Assembly (NCBI GenBank): GCA_042562855.1
Contig: JBHPNE010000005.1
Coordinates: 154-64,153, forward strand
From: Elusimicrobiota bacterium
GTDB taxonomy: Bacteria > Elusimicrobiota > Endomicrobiia > Endomicrobiales > JAPLKN01
Direction of reading: 5' to 3'
Length of the DNA stretch: 64,000 bases
Shown here piece after piece: positions 37,501 through 46,141 of the stretch. The position numbers and the translations under genes are program-made. The stretch's first letter is position 1; every line of letters starts with the position of its first letter. The notes beneath the pieces were generated by a model. The model was not told the origin of the DNA. It made no database searches and saw nothing but the letters and a program-made list of their open reading frames with translations.

Positions 37501-38500
37501 TGAAATTGCAAGGTTTTGGTCGAGCATTGCAAGTTATAATAAAAAAATAGATCGCTATGAAATATCTGGTGTTATGGGTCCGGATGAGTTCCACGATGCG
37601 TATCCCGATTCAGACAAGAAAGGCCTGGATAACAATGCGTATACAAATATTATGGTCGTTTTTGTTTTGTCTTGCGCTCTCGAACTGCTAAACATTGTAG
37701 ATGCGGAGGAATTAAACCTTCTGCGTTATCGCCTCAATATAAAAGATGAAGAAATAAAACTATGGAAAGAAATAAGCTCTAAAATGCAAGTACCCTTTCA
37801 TGATGACGGTATAATAAGCCAGTTTGAAGGTTATGACAAGTTAAAAGAACTAGATTGGGATAAATACACAAAAAAATACGGCAATATACAGCGCATGGAC
37901 CGAATCTTGGAGGCCGAGGGAGATACGGCAAATAGATACAAATTGTCTAAGCAGGCAGATGTCTTGATGCTTTTTTATCTTTTTTCTGCGGAAGCTTTGG
38001 AAAAAATGTTTAAACAGCTTGGCTATCAGTTTAAGAAAGATACGATACCGAAAAACATAAATTATTACCTCAAACGCACATCAAACGGATCTTCCCTCAG
38101 CCTGATTGTTCATTCATGGGTTGCTTCGCGTTTGAATAGAAAGCACTCTTGGGAATTATTTAATAAGGCTTTGGAAACTGATATCGGCGATATTCAGGGC
38201 GGAACAACATCGGAGGGCATACACTTAGGAGCAATGGCAGGATGTGTGGATTTGATACAAAGAGATTTTACCGGAGCAGAATTTAGGGATGATACTTTAT
38301 GTTTCAACCCTGTCCTTCCAGAAGAGGTGAAAAAAGTTAGAATGAATATGTGTTATCGAAGCCACTGGTTTGAGCTGGAAGTGGCTTCAAAGAAAATGGT
38401 TATTAAATCCCTGTCTTCAACAGCCAGCCCGGTGAAAATTAAGGTCAAAAATACTGCATTTATTCTTAAAGTAGGAAAAAGTAGAGAAATCAGGCTTTAG
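34553..38500 (+). CDS. three-domain fusion: beta-PGM-like HAD + trehalose-6-phosphate phosphatase + GH65 phosphorylase (OtsB1-like)
   Basis: FDLDGV...GKPDPD...FEDA; FLDFDGTL...YAGSHG...WDKG...GDDVTDED; LGNGY, GEAYRGHIFWD, GPDEFH and KQADV GH65 motifs; GGAGG before ATG 34553. Confidence 0.9.
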   Translation: MDPNDKSNYIISKSKFEAVIFDLDGVITKTAIVHAKAWKEMFDEFLLKGSKKAQPFTHAEYHKFVDGKPRYKGVDSFLKSRHIKLPFGKPSDQPEKATVCGLGNRKNQVFLNCLNTEEVESYRSSVALVRELKDKGFKIGVVSSSKNCVGVLGAAGITDLFSVKVDGVDAERAGLSGKPDPDTFLDAAKQLKVKPEQCVVFEDAVSGVQAGSRGKFGMVVGVNREENRERLLEAGADVVVDDLAEIKVEARMKDLLNGTEYFNQIEKAIGDKQIVLFLDFDGTLSPIVSKPEDAALAEGMKEVLMDLSERCKLAIVSGRGLDDVKQRAGIDNIYYAGSHGFEIKGPDGLSMENEQANALLPLIDKIEKELERELASIKGAQVDRKKYSVAIHYRNVGEKDAGAVEEIVDKINAKYKEVRKKHGKKVFELLPDIKWDKGEALLWIMDTLGITFSDYIPFYVGDDVTDEDAFKILSSYGMGIAVGNDVRQTSARYKVDSVDQVKDFFKILIDYIEKRKSWDLSYDEFKPKEEGLREALCTLGNGYFATRGAAPESSADGIHYPGTYLAGGYNRLKTKIAGRIVENEDLVNLPNWLCFNFSISKGDWFDLKKVKILSYHQRLDIKKGILNRTILFQDKKKRKTKIIQRRIVSMAYMHIAALETVIVPVNWSGKIRIRTALDGRVDNSGVKRYGDLRKKHLKPVETKKLNKNGIFLKVRTNQSDITIAQAERTRVYKQDQIVLVERKVTRKPGYICQDFKVNVNKGTRLTVEKTVSLFTSRDLAISECGIEAERAVVSAPKFNRLLYPHLVSWNRLWAKFEIDLELYRYDTNHHPQKILRLYSFHLLQSASPHSLYNDIGMPSRGWHGEAYRGHIFWDELIIFPFLNSRMPRITKALLMYRFRRLGEARKAARVLGYKGAMYPWQSGSNGREESQMVHLNPDSGNWITDNSYVQRHINAAIVFNIWQYYQVTGDSEFLSFYGAEMIFEIARFWSSIASYNKKIDRYEISGVMGPDEFHDAYPDSDKKGLDNNAYTNIMVVFVLSCALELLNIVDAEELNLLRYRLNIKDEEIKLWKEISSKMQVPFHDDGIISQFEGYDKLKELDWDKYTKKYGNIQRMDRILEAEGDTANRYKLSKQADVLMLFYLFSAEALEKMFKQLGYQFKKDTIPKNINYYLKRTSNGSSLSLIVHSWVASRLNRKHSWELFNKALETDIGDIQGGTTSEGIHLGAMAGCVDLIQRDFTGAEFRDDTLCFNPVLPEEVKKVRMNMCYRSHWFELEVASKKMVIKSLSSTASPVKIKVKNTAFILKVGKSREIRL

Positions 38501-38520
38501 AAAATCGTTGGATTCTCATT

Positions 38521-38557
38521 AATAACCCTTTGGTTCTAAAGCCATAGGGCTATTTTT
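38521..38557 (+). terminator. probable intrinsic terminator
   Basis: Imperfect stem aataaccctttggtt / agccatagggctatt followed by a T run. Confidence 0.5.
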
Positions 38558-38561
38558 GTGC

Positions 38562-38616
38562 TTGACAAATATATGAACTGATGTTATAATCGTAATGAAT
38601 GAACATTCATTCATTA
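38562..38616 (+). promoter_or_regulatory. consensus sigma70 promoter plus palindromic TetR-type operator
   Basis: TTGACA (38562-38567), 17 bp, TGt-TATAAT (38585-38590); perfect inverted repeat taatgaatgaa-ca-ttcattcatta at 38593-38616 over the start site. Confidence 0.85.
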
Positions 38617-38634
38617 TTTTGAGGCTAAATTTTC

Positions 38635-39213
38635 ATGAATAAACAACAACAAATACTAGCTGCAGCGCGTGAGGTCTTTGCGCAAAAAGGATTTCATGGT
38701 ACATCAATAAAAGATATTGCAACAAAGGCTTCTGTTGCTCAAGGTACGCCTTATCTGTATTTCAAGAGCAAAGAGGAATTGTTCGAAAAACTTATCCTTT
38801 CTTTATTGGATGAGACAAATAGTGTATTAAAGGAAATAGCAGATCAAAAAAAAGATTTATTGGGTAAACTGGACGATTTTGTTACAGAGAATATTACTAA
38901 TGCTTACAAACACCGGGAAATTTCAATTATGCTGATGAGAGACAGCGGTTTGTTTAGTTCGGCAAAGAATAAAAAGAACAATAATATGATGGCAATATTT
39001 AAGGAAAGAGAGAATATTATTGAAGATACGTTTAAAAAGCATAAAGATGACAATGTGATAGATCCTGATTTTGATTGTAATGAGGCGGCGAAAATATTTA
39101 CTGCAATAGTTGCGGGCATGTCTCATAAAATAATAATGGGTGCGGATAATGATACAGAAAAAAGCATTAGTATGATAAAAAAAACGGTAAGGAAAGCTCT
39201 AATTAAAAAATGA
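38635..39213 (+). CDS. TetR/AcrR family transcriptional regulator
   Basis: ILAAAREVFAQKGFHGTSIKDIA...YLYFKSKEELF HTH. Confidence 0.93.
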   Translation: MNKQQQILAAAREVFAQKGFHGTSIKDIATKASVAQGTPYLYFKSKEELFEKLILSLLDETNSVLKEIADQKKDLLGKLDDFVTENITNAYKHREISIMLMRDSGLFSSAKNKKNNNMMAIFKERENIIEDTFKKHKDDNVIDPDFDCNEAAKIFTAIVAGMSHKIIMGADNDTEKSISMIKKTVRKALIKK

Positions 39214-40538
39214 AAGGTAAAATTTCTTTCCTATTAGCCATATTGTTATCTTGCTCAATACTGCATTCTACTGAAAAAACGTTAGACAATGTTGTATTAA
39301 GTATGGATAAAGCTGTAGAGCTTGCATTGGCAAACAGCAAAGATGTAGAAATCAGTAAAGAAAAGTTGGAAAAACTCTGGAATACATATAGAGAAGTTAA
39401 GGCGTCAATATTTCCTCAAGTTTACGGGGAAGTCGGTGTTACAAACTACATCGAGGCGCCCATAATGACTTTCGATATTGGCAATGGCCCAATAAGCATA
39501 CCTGTAAAACAGGAATGGGAAACGAGGGCAAGCGTTACCTTGTCGCAAGTTCTGTGGGCTTTTGGCAAGGTATTTAACGCTATTGATATCGCAAAGCAGG
39601 CGATAAAGATGGAAGAGCTTTCAAAAGAAGCCGTTGAAAACTATTTAATTTTCGGCATTAAACAGACCTACTATACATTACTTTTTGCTGAAGCAACAGT
39701 TGGCATAGCAAAGGATTCACACAAGAACGCTTTAAAAAATAGGGAAGCATTAAAAGAACGTTTTAGGGGCGGAAGAATATCCAGGGTTAACAATATAAAA
39801 ATGGAAGCCGATATTTCTGCAAGAGTACCTGCTGTTTTGAAAGCCGAGGCCACCAGAAACCTCATAATTGTTAGCTTGAAGGATATGCTGGAATTAAACG
39901 AAAAGAGCAAAATAGAGCTTACAGACGGCTTCATAACAAAATTCCCGAGGTTTAAATTTGATGAGCTTTATCAGAAAATGCTGGCCAATGAGCCAACAAT
40001 AAAAATATTTAGGAAAGGTATTGATTTAAACAAAAGCATTATAAAACTAAAAAAGGCAGGTTTTTTACCCACGCTTTCCGGTTTTGCAAGTTACGGGTAT
40101 GGCGGTGAGGGAGGCGAGATATACCCCGAAGAAAATATGCAGAGAGATATTATAGCCGGTGTCAGGCTGAATCTTACCCTATGGGATAGCGGTGCAACCT
40201 GGAATGCTTACAAACAGGCTAAAAATGACAAAAATATTGCAATAATGGAACATGAAAAAAAACTTAAAGAAATGAGAGTGGCTTTAAGCTCAACATTATT
40301 GGAATATGATTCTTTGATAGAAACATATAAAGCAAATCTCAAAGCACAAGAATATGCAGAACAAGCATACGATATCACTTTATCCAGTTTCAAATCGGGG
40401 GCTGTTTCGCAGACAATGCTTAATGATGCGGAAATCAGACTAACTGCAGCTAAAATTGAATCCAAAACAACCCTTTTCAATATCAATATACTTATTGCAA
40501 AAATCGAAAATATGACAGGGCGTAAAGAGGAAATATGA
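39210..40538 (+). CDS. TolC family outer-membrane efflux protein
   Basis: Signal peptide, AVELALANS, two OEP repeats (IFPQV; FLPTL); operon context. Confidence 0.88.
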   Translation: MKGKISFLLAILLSCSILHSTEKTLDNVVLSMDKAVELALANSKDVEISKEKLEKLWNTYREVKASIFPQVYGEVGVTNYIEAPIMTFDIGNGPISIPVKQEWETRASVTLSQVLWAFGKVFNAIDIAKQAIKMEELSKEAVENYLIFGIKQTYYTLLFAEATVGIAKDSHKNALKNREALKERFRGGRISRVNNIKMEADISARVPAVLKAEATRNLIIVSLKDMLELNEKSKIELTDGFITKFPRFKFDELYQKMLANEPTIKIFRKGIDLNKSIIKLKKAGFLPTLSGFASYGYGGEGGEIYPEENMQRDIIAGVRLNLTLWDSGATWNAYKQAKNDKNIAIMEHEKKLKEMRVALSSTLLEYDSLIETYKANLKAQEYAEQAYDITLSSFKSGAVSQTMLNDAEIRLTAAKIESKTTLFNINILIAKIENMTGRKEEI

Positions 40539-41200
40539 GAAAGCTTATTTATGTACTAATTGCTGCTGTTTTTATTTTCCTGGTTATTGCAAAGGCAAAT
40601 GTAATTAAAGGAAAAAATAAGAAAGAAATAGTCAGTATTTCCAAAGAGTGGGCGAATTATGGCAAACCTGTCAGCATTGCTAAGATAGGAAAAGGCACCA
40701 TAATTAACAATACTAGGGTTACCGGAGAAGTAAAAAGAGACATCATTTCGGTAAACGTGCCTCTTTCAATCAAATTTAAAATTAAAAAAGGCCAAGAGTT
40801 TACCGCCAAGAAAAACGGCAAACCAATCAAGGGTTCTGTTATCAGTGTTTCCAAGAAAAGGGATATGCTTAGCGGCCTGTATTTAGTGGAATTAAAATGC
40901 AGTTGTGACCCAAAAATAAAGTATGGAAACTTCCTAGCGGTTGATATACAAACCGAAGTCTTAAAAAACGCCTTAAAAATTCCTTTAGCCGGTATATTTA
41001 AGGAAAATGGTAAAAATTTGTGCTGGACCGTGGATGAAAAAAACAAGGTAACGAGGAAAGAAATAAAAATCGGTACAGTAAACGAACATTTTGCACATGT
41101 TTTAAGTGGCGTAAAAGAAGGCGATATGGTTTGTGTTAGCGGAATAGAAGTATTAAATGAGAATGATCAGGTAAGGATATATAAGGGTGAAAAGAAATGA
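40535..41200 (+). CDS. RND periplasmic adaptor (short form, 221 aa)
   Basis: N-terminal anchor; C-terminal ALKIP...V..G......VLSGVKEGDMVCVSG membrane-proximal motif; lies between tolC and the RND gene. Confidence 0.75.
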   Translation: MRKLIYVLIAAVFIFLVIAKANVIKGKNKKEIVSISKEWANYGKPVSIAKIGKGTIINNTRVTGEVKRDIISVNVPLSIKFKIKKGQEFTAKKNGKPIKGSVISVSKKRDMLSGLYLVELKCSCDPKIKYGNFLAVDIQTEVLKNALKIPLAGIFKENGKNLCWTVDEKNKVTRKEIKIGTVNEHFAHVLSGVKEGDMVCVSGIEVLNENDQVRIYKGEKK

Positions 41201-44200
41201 TATCACTTTTTGTTAAAAGACCAGCTATGACAATAATGTTCGTTTTAGTGTTTGTGGTACTTGGTTTAGTATCTTTCACAAGTATTTTGGTTGAGAGAAC
41301 CCCAAGGATAGATTTTCCTTTTGTAACAATATCCGTTTCTTACAGGGGTGCTGCACCCGCAGAAATGGAAAGTCAAATTATTAAAAAAATTGAAGATGCG
41401 GTTGCAGAGATTTCGCAATTAAAAAAAATCCAATCTTTTGCCTATGAGGGGCTTGGGCTTATATTTTTGGAATTTGAAAGCGACGTTGACGCCAATGTTA
41501 AAGCGATAGAAGTAAAAGACAAGGTTGAGCCTGTACAGAATATGTTTCCGCATGCAGCGGACAAGCCGACAATAAGCAAATTCGATCCCATGGTTGCCCC
41601 GATAATGGACCTTATACTGACAAGCGAAAACCCCGATGAGATAGAATTATTTGAATATGCGGATAAAAAACTAAAAAATCAATTAAGCGTTATTGATGGA
41701 GTTGCATCCGTTGAAATTTACGGCGGTAAAGAGCGCCAGATCAACGTAAAACTCGACAATATGCTTATGAACAAATATTTTACCACAATAGCCGACGTGG
41801 TAGGTTTTATGGGTATGGCCAATGTTAATGTATCCGGCGGTTCAATCGAGGACGACTATACGAAAACAAATATTCGTCTTTTAGGTGAATTTGAAAGTAT
41901 TAATGATATTAAAAATATGTCCATCATATCACGCGAGGGCAGAAAACTAAAACTATCCGATATCGCGGTTGTTGAAGACTCTTTTAAAGAAGTCGATACA
42001 TACACCCGTTATAATAAGGAAAACGTTGTAGGTCTTTCGGTAAAAAAACTTTCCGACGGTGATGCTGTAAATATTATTAAAGACATAAGAAAATACTTGC
42101 CAAAAATCGAAAAAACTCTTCCGGAAGGGATGAAGTTGATAGTTGCATATGACATATCCGAAAATATTATCAGAGAAACAAATTCCACGGTTATAAATAT
42201 CATAATTGGTATAATTCTTACCATATTAATTCTATATTTCTTTCTTGAAAATGCAAAAATTACTTTAATTGCAGGTATAGTTATTCCGTCTTCAATAATT
42301 TCGGCATTCTTCTTAATGGAAAAATCGAATTTTACGGTAAATTTTATAACTTTACTCGCGATAGCAACGGCTCTTGGCACGTTGATCGCAAACGCTTTGG
42401 TTATTATTGAAAGTATTGACCAGGAGTTGGAGCACGGGAAAAATTCCGTTGAGGCTGCAATAGACGGTACTAAGCAGGCAGCTGTGGCAGTTATCGCCGC
42501 CGCCGGAACAAATATTGCCGTGTTTACACCTCTTGCTTTTTTAAGCGGTATCACCGGACAATTTATGAAGCAGTTCGGGATGACCGTTGTCTATCTGACA
42601 ATATTTTCAATTCTTGCCTCTTTTACTTTAACTCCGATGTTATGCGCACTATTATTAAAGCCTATAAACAAGGATGAAGTGAAGCAAAAGAAGATGACTA
42701 TATGGCGGAAATTGTACCTTTTCCCGCAGAATATGATGCATTTTCTGGTAGCAGAGTACAGAATTGTATTTCATCAAATGTTTGAGCACCCTAAAAAAAT
42801 AGTTCTGCTATGCGCACTTTTGATGGTGTCCCTTGCTTATCCTATGAGATATATTGGAAGCGAATTTTTTCCTGCATCAGATCAGGATAAAATAGTGGTG
42901 ACTATCGAAACTAAACAAGGAACTCCGCTGAATCGTACGCTTGAAAAAGTCGAGGCAATTGAAGACTTGCTAAAAGATGTCCCTGAAATATCAAGCTTCT
43001 TAAGCTACGTCGGAAAGGATGGTTCCGAAACAGCTCAAGTTACAGTGAATTTACTGCCCTTAAAACAAAGAAAAAGGTTTGACTTAGATATTATAAACAG
43101 TCTTATTCCTGAAGCTTCCAAAATTCCAGGTGCCGACATATCTTTTGCAAGAGGCGAGGGAATGGGCGGCGCCGGCGGCGATATTACGGTAAATGTTGAA
43201 GGGGCCGATTATGATAAGATGATTGAGATTTCAAAAGAAATGCGGACAATCATGATGAAAACAGGATATATAAGATCAACGAAATCTTCTTATAAGGAAC
43301 CGAAGAATGAGATAAGGTTTATTCCGAATAAGAAAAAAATGATACAGTTTGGAGTAACAAATTCTCAGGTTGGGGATGTCTTAAAATTTGCTATCAGAGG
43401 AAATGATGCGAATGTTTATAAAGAAAAAGGTGAAGAATATACCATTCAGATTGAGATGGATGATAAATACAAGGAGACCATCGATAATATTGGAAATATT
43501 TCAATAATGACTCAAGACGGTCTGGTTCCCATTTCAAAATTGGGGAGACTCACCGTTCAAAAGGGCTACTCAACAATTTTTCGCAGAGACAAAAGCAGGG
43601 TTATACAGGTTGATGGTTTTTTATCGAAATCAACTACAGGCCAGGTTAGAGAGTTGCTTCGTGAAAAGTTTAAAGATATTGATTTTCCGAAAGGATATGG
43701 TTATAAATACGTCGGAGAAGCGGAGTTTGCAGAGGAATCTCAAAAACAGCTTGGCCTCGCTTTTATCCTGGCTGTGTTATTCACATATATGCTTTTAGTT
43801 TCAATCTTGAATTCATTTAGCTACCCTTTCGTTATAATGACTTCAGTTCTTACGGCATTTTTCGGCGTTTTTATGTTTATGTTTTTCTTTGAGTTTTCAT
43901 TTAATATAGGCGCCATGATGGCAATGATTCTGATCGTAGGGCTTGTGGTCAACAACTCAATCCTTATGCTTGATTATACTATGAAAAAAATGGCACACGG
44001 CAAATGCGTTAAGGACGCCTTATGGTTAGGCGCTTCCGTGAAATTCAGGGCAATACTTATGACATCTTTGGCAATTGTTTTTGGCGCGCTTCCGCAAGTT
44101 TTTGATCCCAATGCAGCCAAGGCATCTATAGGCGCTGTAGTTGTGGGTGGTATGACAGCTTCAATTCTTTTCACCTTCATTCTTACCCCGATCGCTTTCT

Positions 44201-44280
44201 GGTACATGTCAAGGTTTCAGGATTTTGTTAAGAATACTCTTTCCAAAACTGCACAAATAATCAGCCATAAACAGCAGTAA
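41197..44280 (+). CDS. RND (AcrB/HAE1-like) efflux transporter
   Basis: FVKRP, YRGAAPAEME, 12-TM organisation, LTPMLC and RAILMTS motifs. Confidence 0.93.
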   Translation: MISLFVKRPAMTIMFVLVFVVLGLVSFTSILVERTPRIDFPFVTISVSYRGAAPAEMESQIIKKIEDAVAEISQLKKIQSFAYEGLGLIFLEFESDVDANVKAIEVKDKVEPVQNMFPHAADKPTISKFDPMVAPIMDLILTSENPDEIELFEYADKKLKNQLSVIDGVASVEIYGGKERQINVKLDNMLMNKYFTTIADVVGFMGMANVNVSGGSIEDDYTKTNIRLLGEFESINDIKNMSIISREGRKLKLSDIAVVEDSFKEVDTYTRYNKENVVGLSVKKLSDGDAVNIIKDIRKYLPKIEKTLPEGMKLIVAYDISENIIRETNSTVINIIIGIILTILILYFFLENAKITLIAGIVIPSSIISAFFLMEKSNFTVNFITLLAIATALGTLIANALVIIESIDQELEHGKNSVEAAIDGTKQAAVAVIAAAGTNIAVFTPLAFLSGITGQFMKQFGMTVVYLTIFSILASFTLTPMLCALLLKPINKDEVKQKKMTIWRKLYLFPQNMMHFLVAEYRIVFHQMFEHPKKIVLLCALLMVSLAYPMRYIGSEFFPASDQDKIVVTIETKQGTPLNRTLEKVEAIEDLLKDVPEISSFLSYVGKDGSETAQVTVNLLPLKQRKRFDLDIINSLIPEASKIPGADISFARGEGMGGAGGDITVNVEGADYDKMIEISKEMRTIMMKTGYIRSTKSSYKEPKNEIRFIPNKKKMIQFGVTNSQVGDVLKFAIRGNDANVYKEKGEEYTIQIEMDDKYKETIDNIGNISIMTQDGLVPISKLGRLTVQKGYSTIFRRDKSRVIQVDGFLSKSTTGQVRELLREKFKDIDFPKGYGYKYVGEAEFAEESQKQLGLAFILAVLFTYMLLVSILNSFSYPFVIMTSVLTAFFGVFMFMFFFEFSFNIGAMMAMILIVGLVVNNSILMLDYTMKKMAHGKCVKDALWLGASVKFRAILMTSLAIVFGALPQVFDPNAAKASIGAVVVGGMTASILFTFILTPIAFWYMSRFQDFVKNTLSKTAQIISHKQQ

Positions 44281-44377
44281 AAGCGGTATAGACTTTTGAT
44301 TTTAATTTTGATAGTATCTCGTGACAATTTAGTAAATATTCAATTCAAATAAAGTATTTCAAAAATAGAGAGGAATA

Positions 44378-46057
44378 ATGTTCAAAGAAATGATTTTTCC
44401 GTTATTGGGGGGCTTAGGGTTTTTCTTTTTCGGAATGCAGTTTTTGTCTGATGGTTTAAAAAAAGTCGCCGGGGAAAAATTAAAGGCGATTTTACATATG
44501 GCAACAAAGATTCCTTTGGTTGGGATTTTAGTCGGGGCGATTGTTACCATTCTTATACAGTCATCCAGTGCTACAACAGTTATGGTAGTTGGTTTTGTTA
44601 ATGCGGGTTTACTTGCGCTAAAACAAGCAATATGTGTCATAATCGGGGCAAATATTGGTACTACTTTTACTGCTTGGCTTGTTTCTTCAATGTCTGTTTT
44701 TAAAGTTACAACATATGCTTTGCCTGCTATAGGTATCGGTTTTGTTATCATGCAATTTGGCAAGACCAGAAAAATAAAAGCTGCAGGGCAGGTCATACTT
44801 GGTTTTGGTATTTTATTTATAGGCCTTTCATTTATGAAAGATGCATTTTCGCCGCTGAAAGACAGCCTATGGACTATAGATATGTTTACTTCGCTTAGCC
44901 ACAGCCCGCTCCTTGGTTTGCTTGTTGGGCTTGTTTTTACTGTATTATTGCAAAGTTCAAGTGCTACATTGGCAGTTATTCAGGTATTGGCATTTAGCGG
45001 CGTTTTAAGTTTTACTGCAGCAATACCCATAATGCTTGGAACAAATATAGGCACTACTGTTACCGCACAGTTAGCGAGTGTGGGGGCAAATTTGGCAGCA
45101 AGAAGAACTGCGATGGCTCATACATTATTTAACGTTATAGGGAGTTTGTATGTATTGATTTTTATCTACTTGGGATGGTTTGAGGCAGGAATAATATTTA
45201 TTATGCCAATTGAGCTAAGTCTTACGACGGTCATGTTTTATATTGCTGTTTCTCACAGTATATTTAATATTGTTAATACAATAGTTGTGTATCCATTCAT
45301 TAATTGGCTTGAAAAAACCAGCATATGGCTTGTCCCTAAAAAACCAGGAGCAGTAGAAATTGGAACACAGTATTTGGAGAAACATCTTCTTGACACGCCT
45401 CCGATTGCGCTTGAAGTTGCTTACAAAGAAACTGTTTACATGCTTACATTGGCGAATAGGTCAATATCTGCGGCCTGGGAGGGATTCATAAAAAATGATG
45501 CAAAATGTTTAAAAGAAATTGATCATTTAGAGCAGGCAGTAGATAATCTTCAGTCTGAAATCACCCAGTATTTAATTGAGCTTTCACAAAGAAATCTTGC
45601 TAAGGAAGAAACCGAGGAGCTCCCCGTGTTAATTCACAGTGTCAACGATATTGAAAGGATAGGGGACCATTCTAAAAATATTTGTGAATTAGCCGACAGG
45701 AAGATGGATGAGAAACTTTGTTTATCCGACAATGCTTTAGAAGGCCTAAAAAATATGTGGAGTGAGCTAAATTCAATGATGTCAGAAACAGAAATTGCTT
45801 TAAAAGATAATGACATACAGTTGGCTAAAAAAGTTTTAAAAAGAGAAGAAAAAATTAATATGTTTCAAAAGGATTTGAAAAAAGGACACGTTGAAAGATT
45901 AAATAAAGGTGTATGCGATATAAAGAGCGGGATCATATTTGTAGATTTAATCGACAATCTTGAAAAAATCGGAGACCATCTTACAAATATTGTACAGGGA
46001 GTTTTAGGTGAGATGAGATGGAAGGGATATAAAGAGAAAAAGTTTGCAAGAACTTAA
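44378..46057 (+). CDS. Na/Pi cotransporter family protein with PhoU domains
   Basis: Two QSSSAT...GANIGTT/GTNIGTT repeats; C-terminal DIERIGDH and NLEKIGDH PhoU motifs. Confidence 0.93.
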   Translation: MFKEMIFPLLGGLGFFFFGMQFLSDGLKKVAGEKLKAILHMATKIPLVGILVGAIVTILIQSSSATTVMVVGFVNAGLLALKQAICVIIGANIGTTFTAWLVSSMSVFKVTTYALPAIGIGFVIMQFGKTRKIKAAGQVILGFGILFIGLSFMKDAFSPLKDSLWTIDMFTSLSHSPLLGLLVGLVFTVLLQSSSATLAVIQVLAFSGVLSFTAAIPIMLGTNIGTTVTAQLASVGANLAARRTAMAHTLFNVIGSLYVLIFIYLGWFEAGIIFIMPIELSLTTVMFYIAVSHSIFNIVNTIVVYPFINWLEKTSIWLVPKKPGAVEIGTQYLEKHLLDTPPIALEVAYKETVYMLTLANRSISAAWEGFIKNDAKCLKEIDHLEQAVDNLQSEITQYLIELSQRNLAKEETEELPVLIHSVNDIERIGDHSKNICELADRKMDEKLCLSDNALEGLKNMWSELNSMMSETEIALKDNDIQLAKKVLKREEKINMFQKDLKKGHVERLNKGVCDIKSGIIFVDLIDNLEKIGDHLTNIVQGVLGEMRWKGYKEKKFART

Positions 46058-46091
46058 AAGATTGTTATTTTATCGTTGGATGCTGAAAATT

Positions 46092-46120
46092 AGAAACCGC
46101 ATATGCGGTTTCTTTTTTTT
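46092..46120 (+). terminator. intrinsic terminator
   Basis: agaaaccgc-atat-gcggtttct followed by a T run. Confidence 0.85.
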
Positions 46121-46141
46121 ATATTAAATAAATGGTAATAT

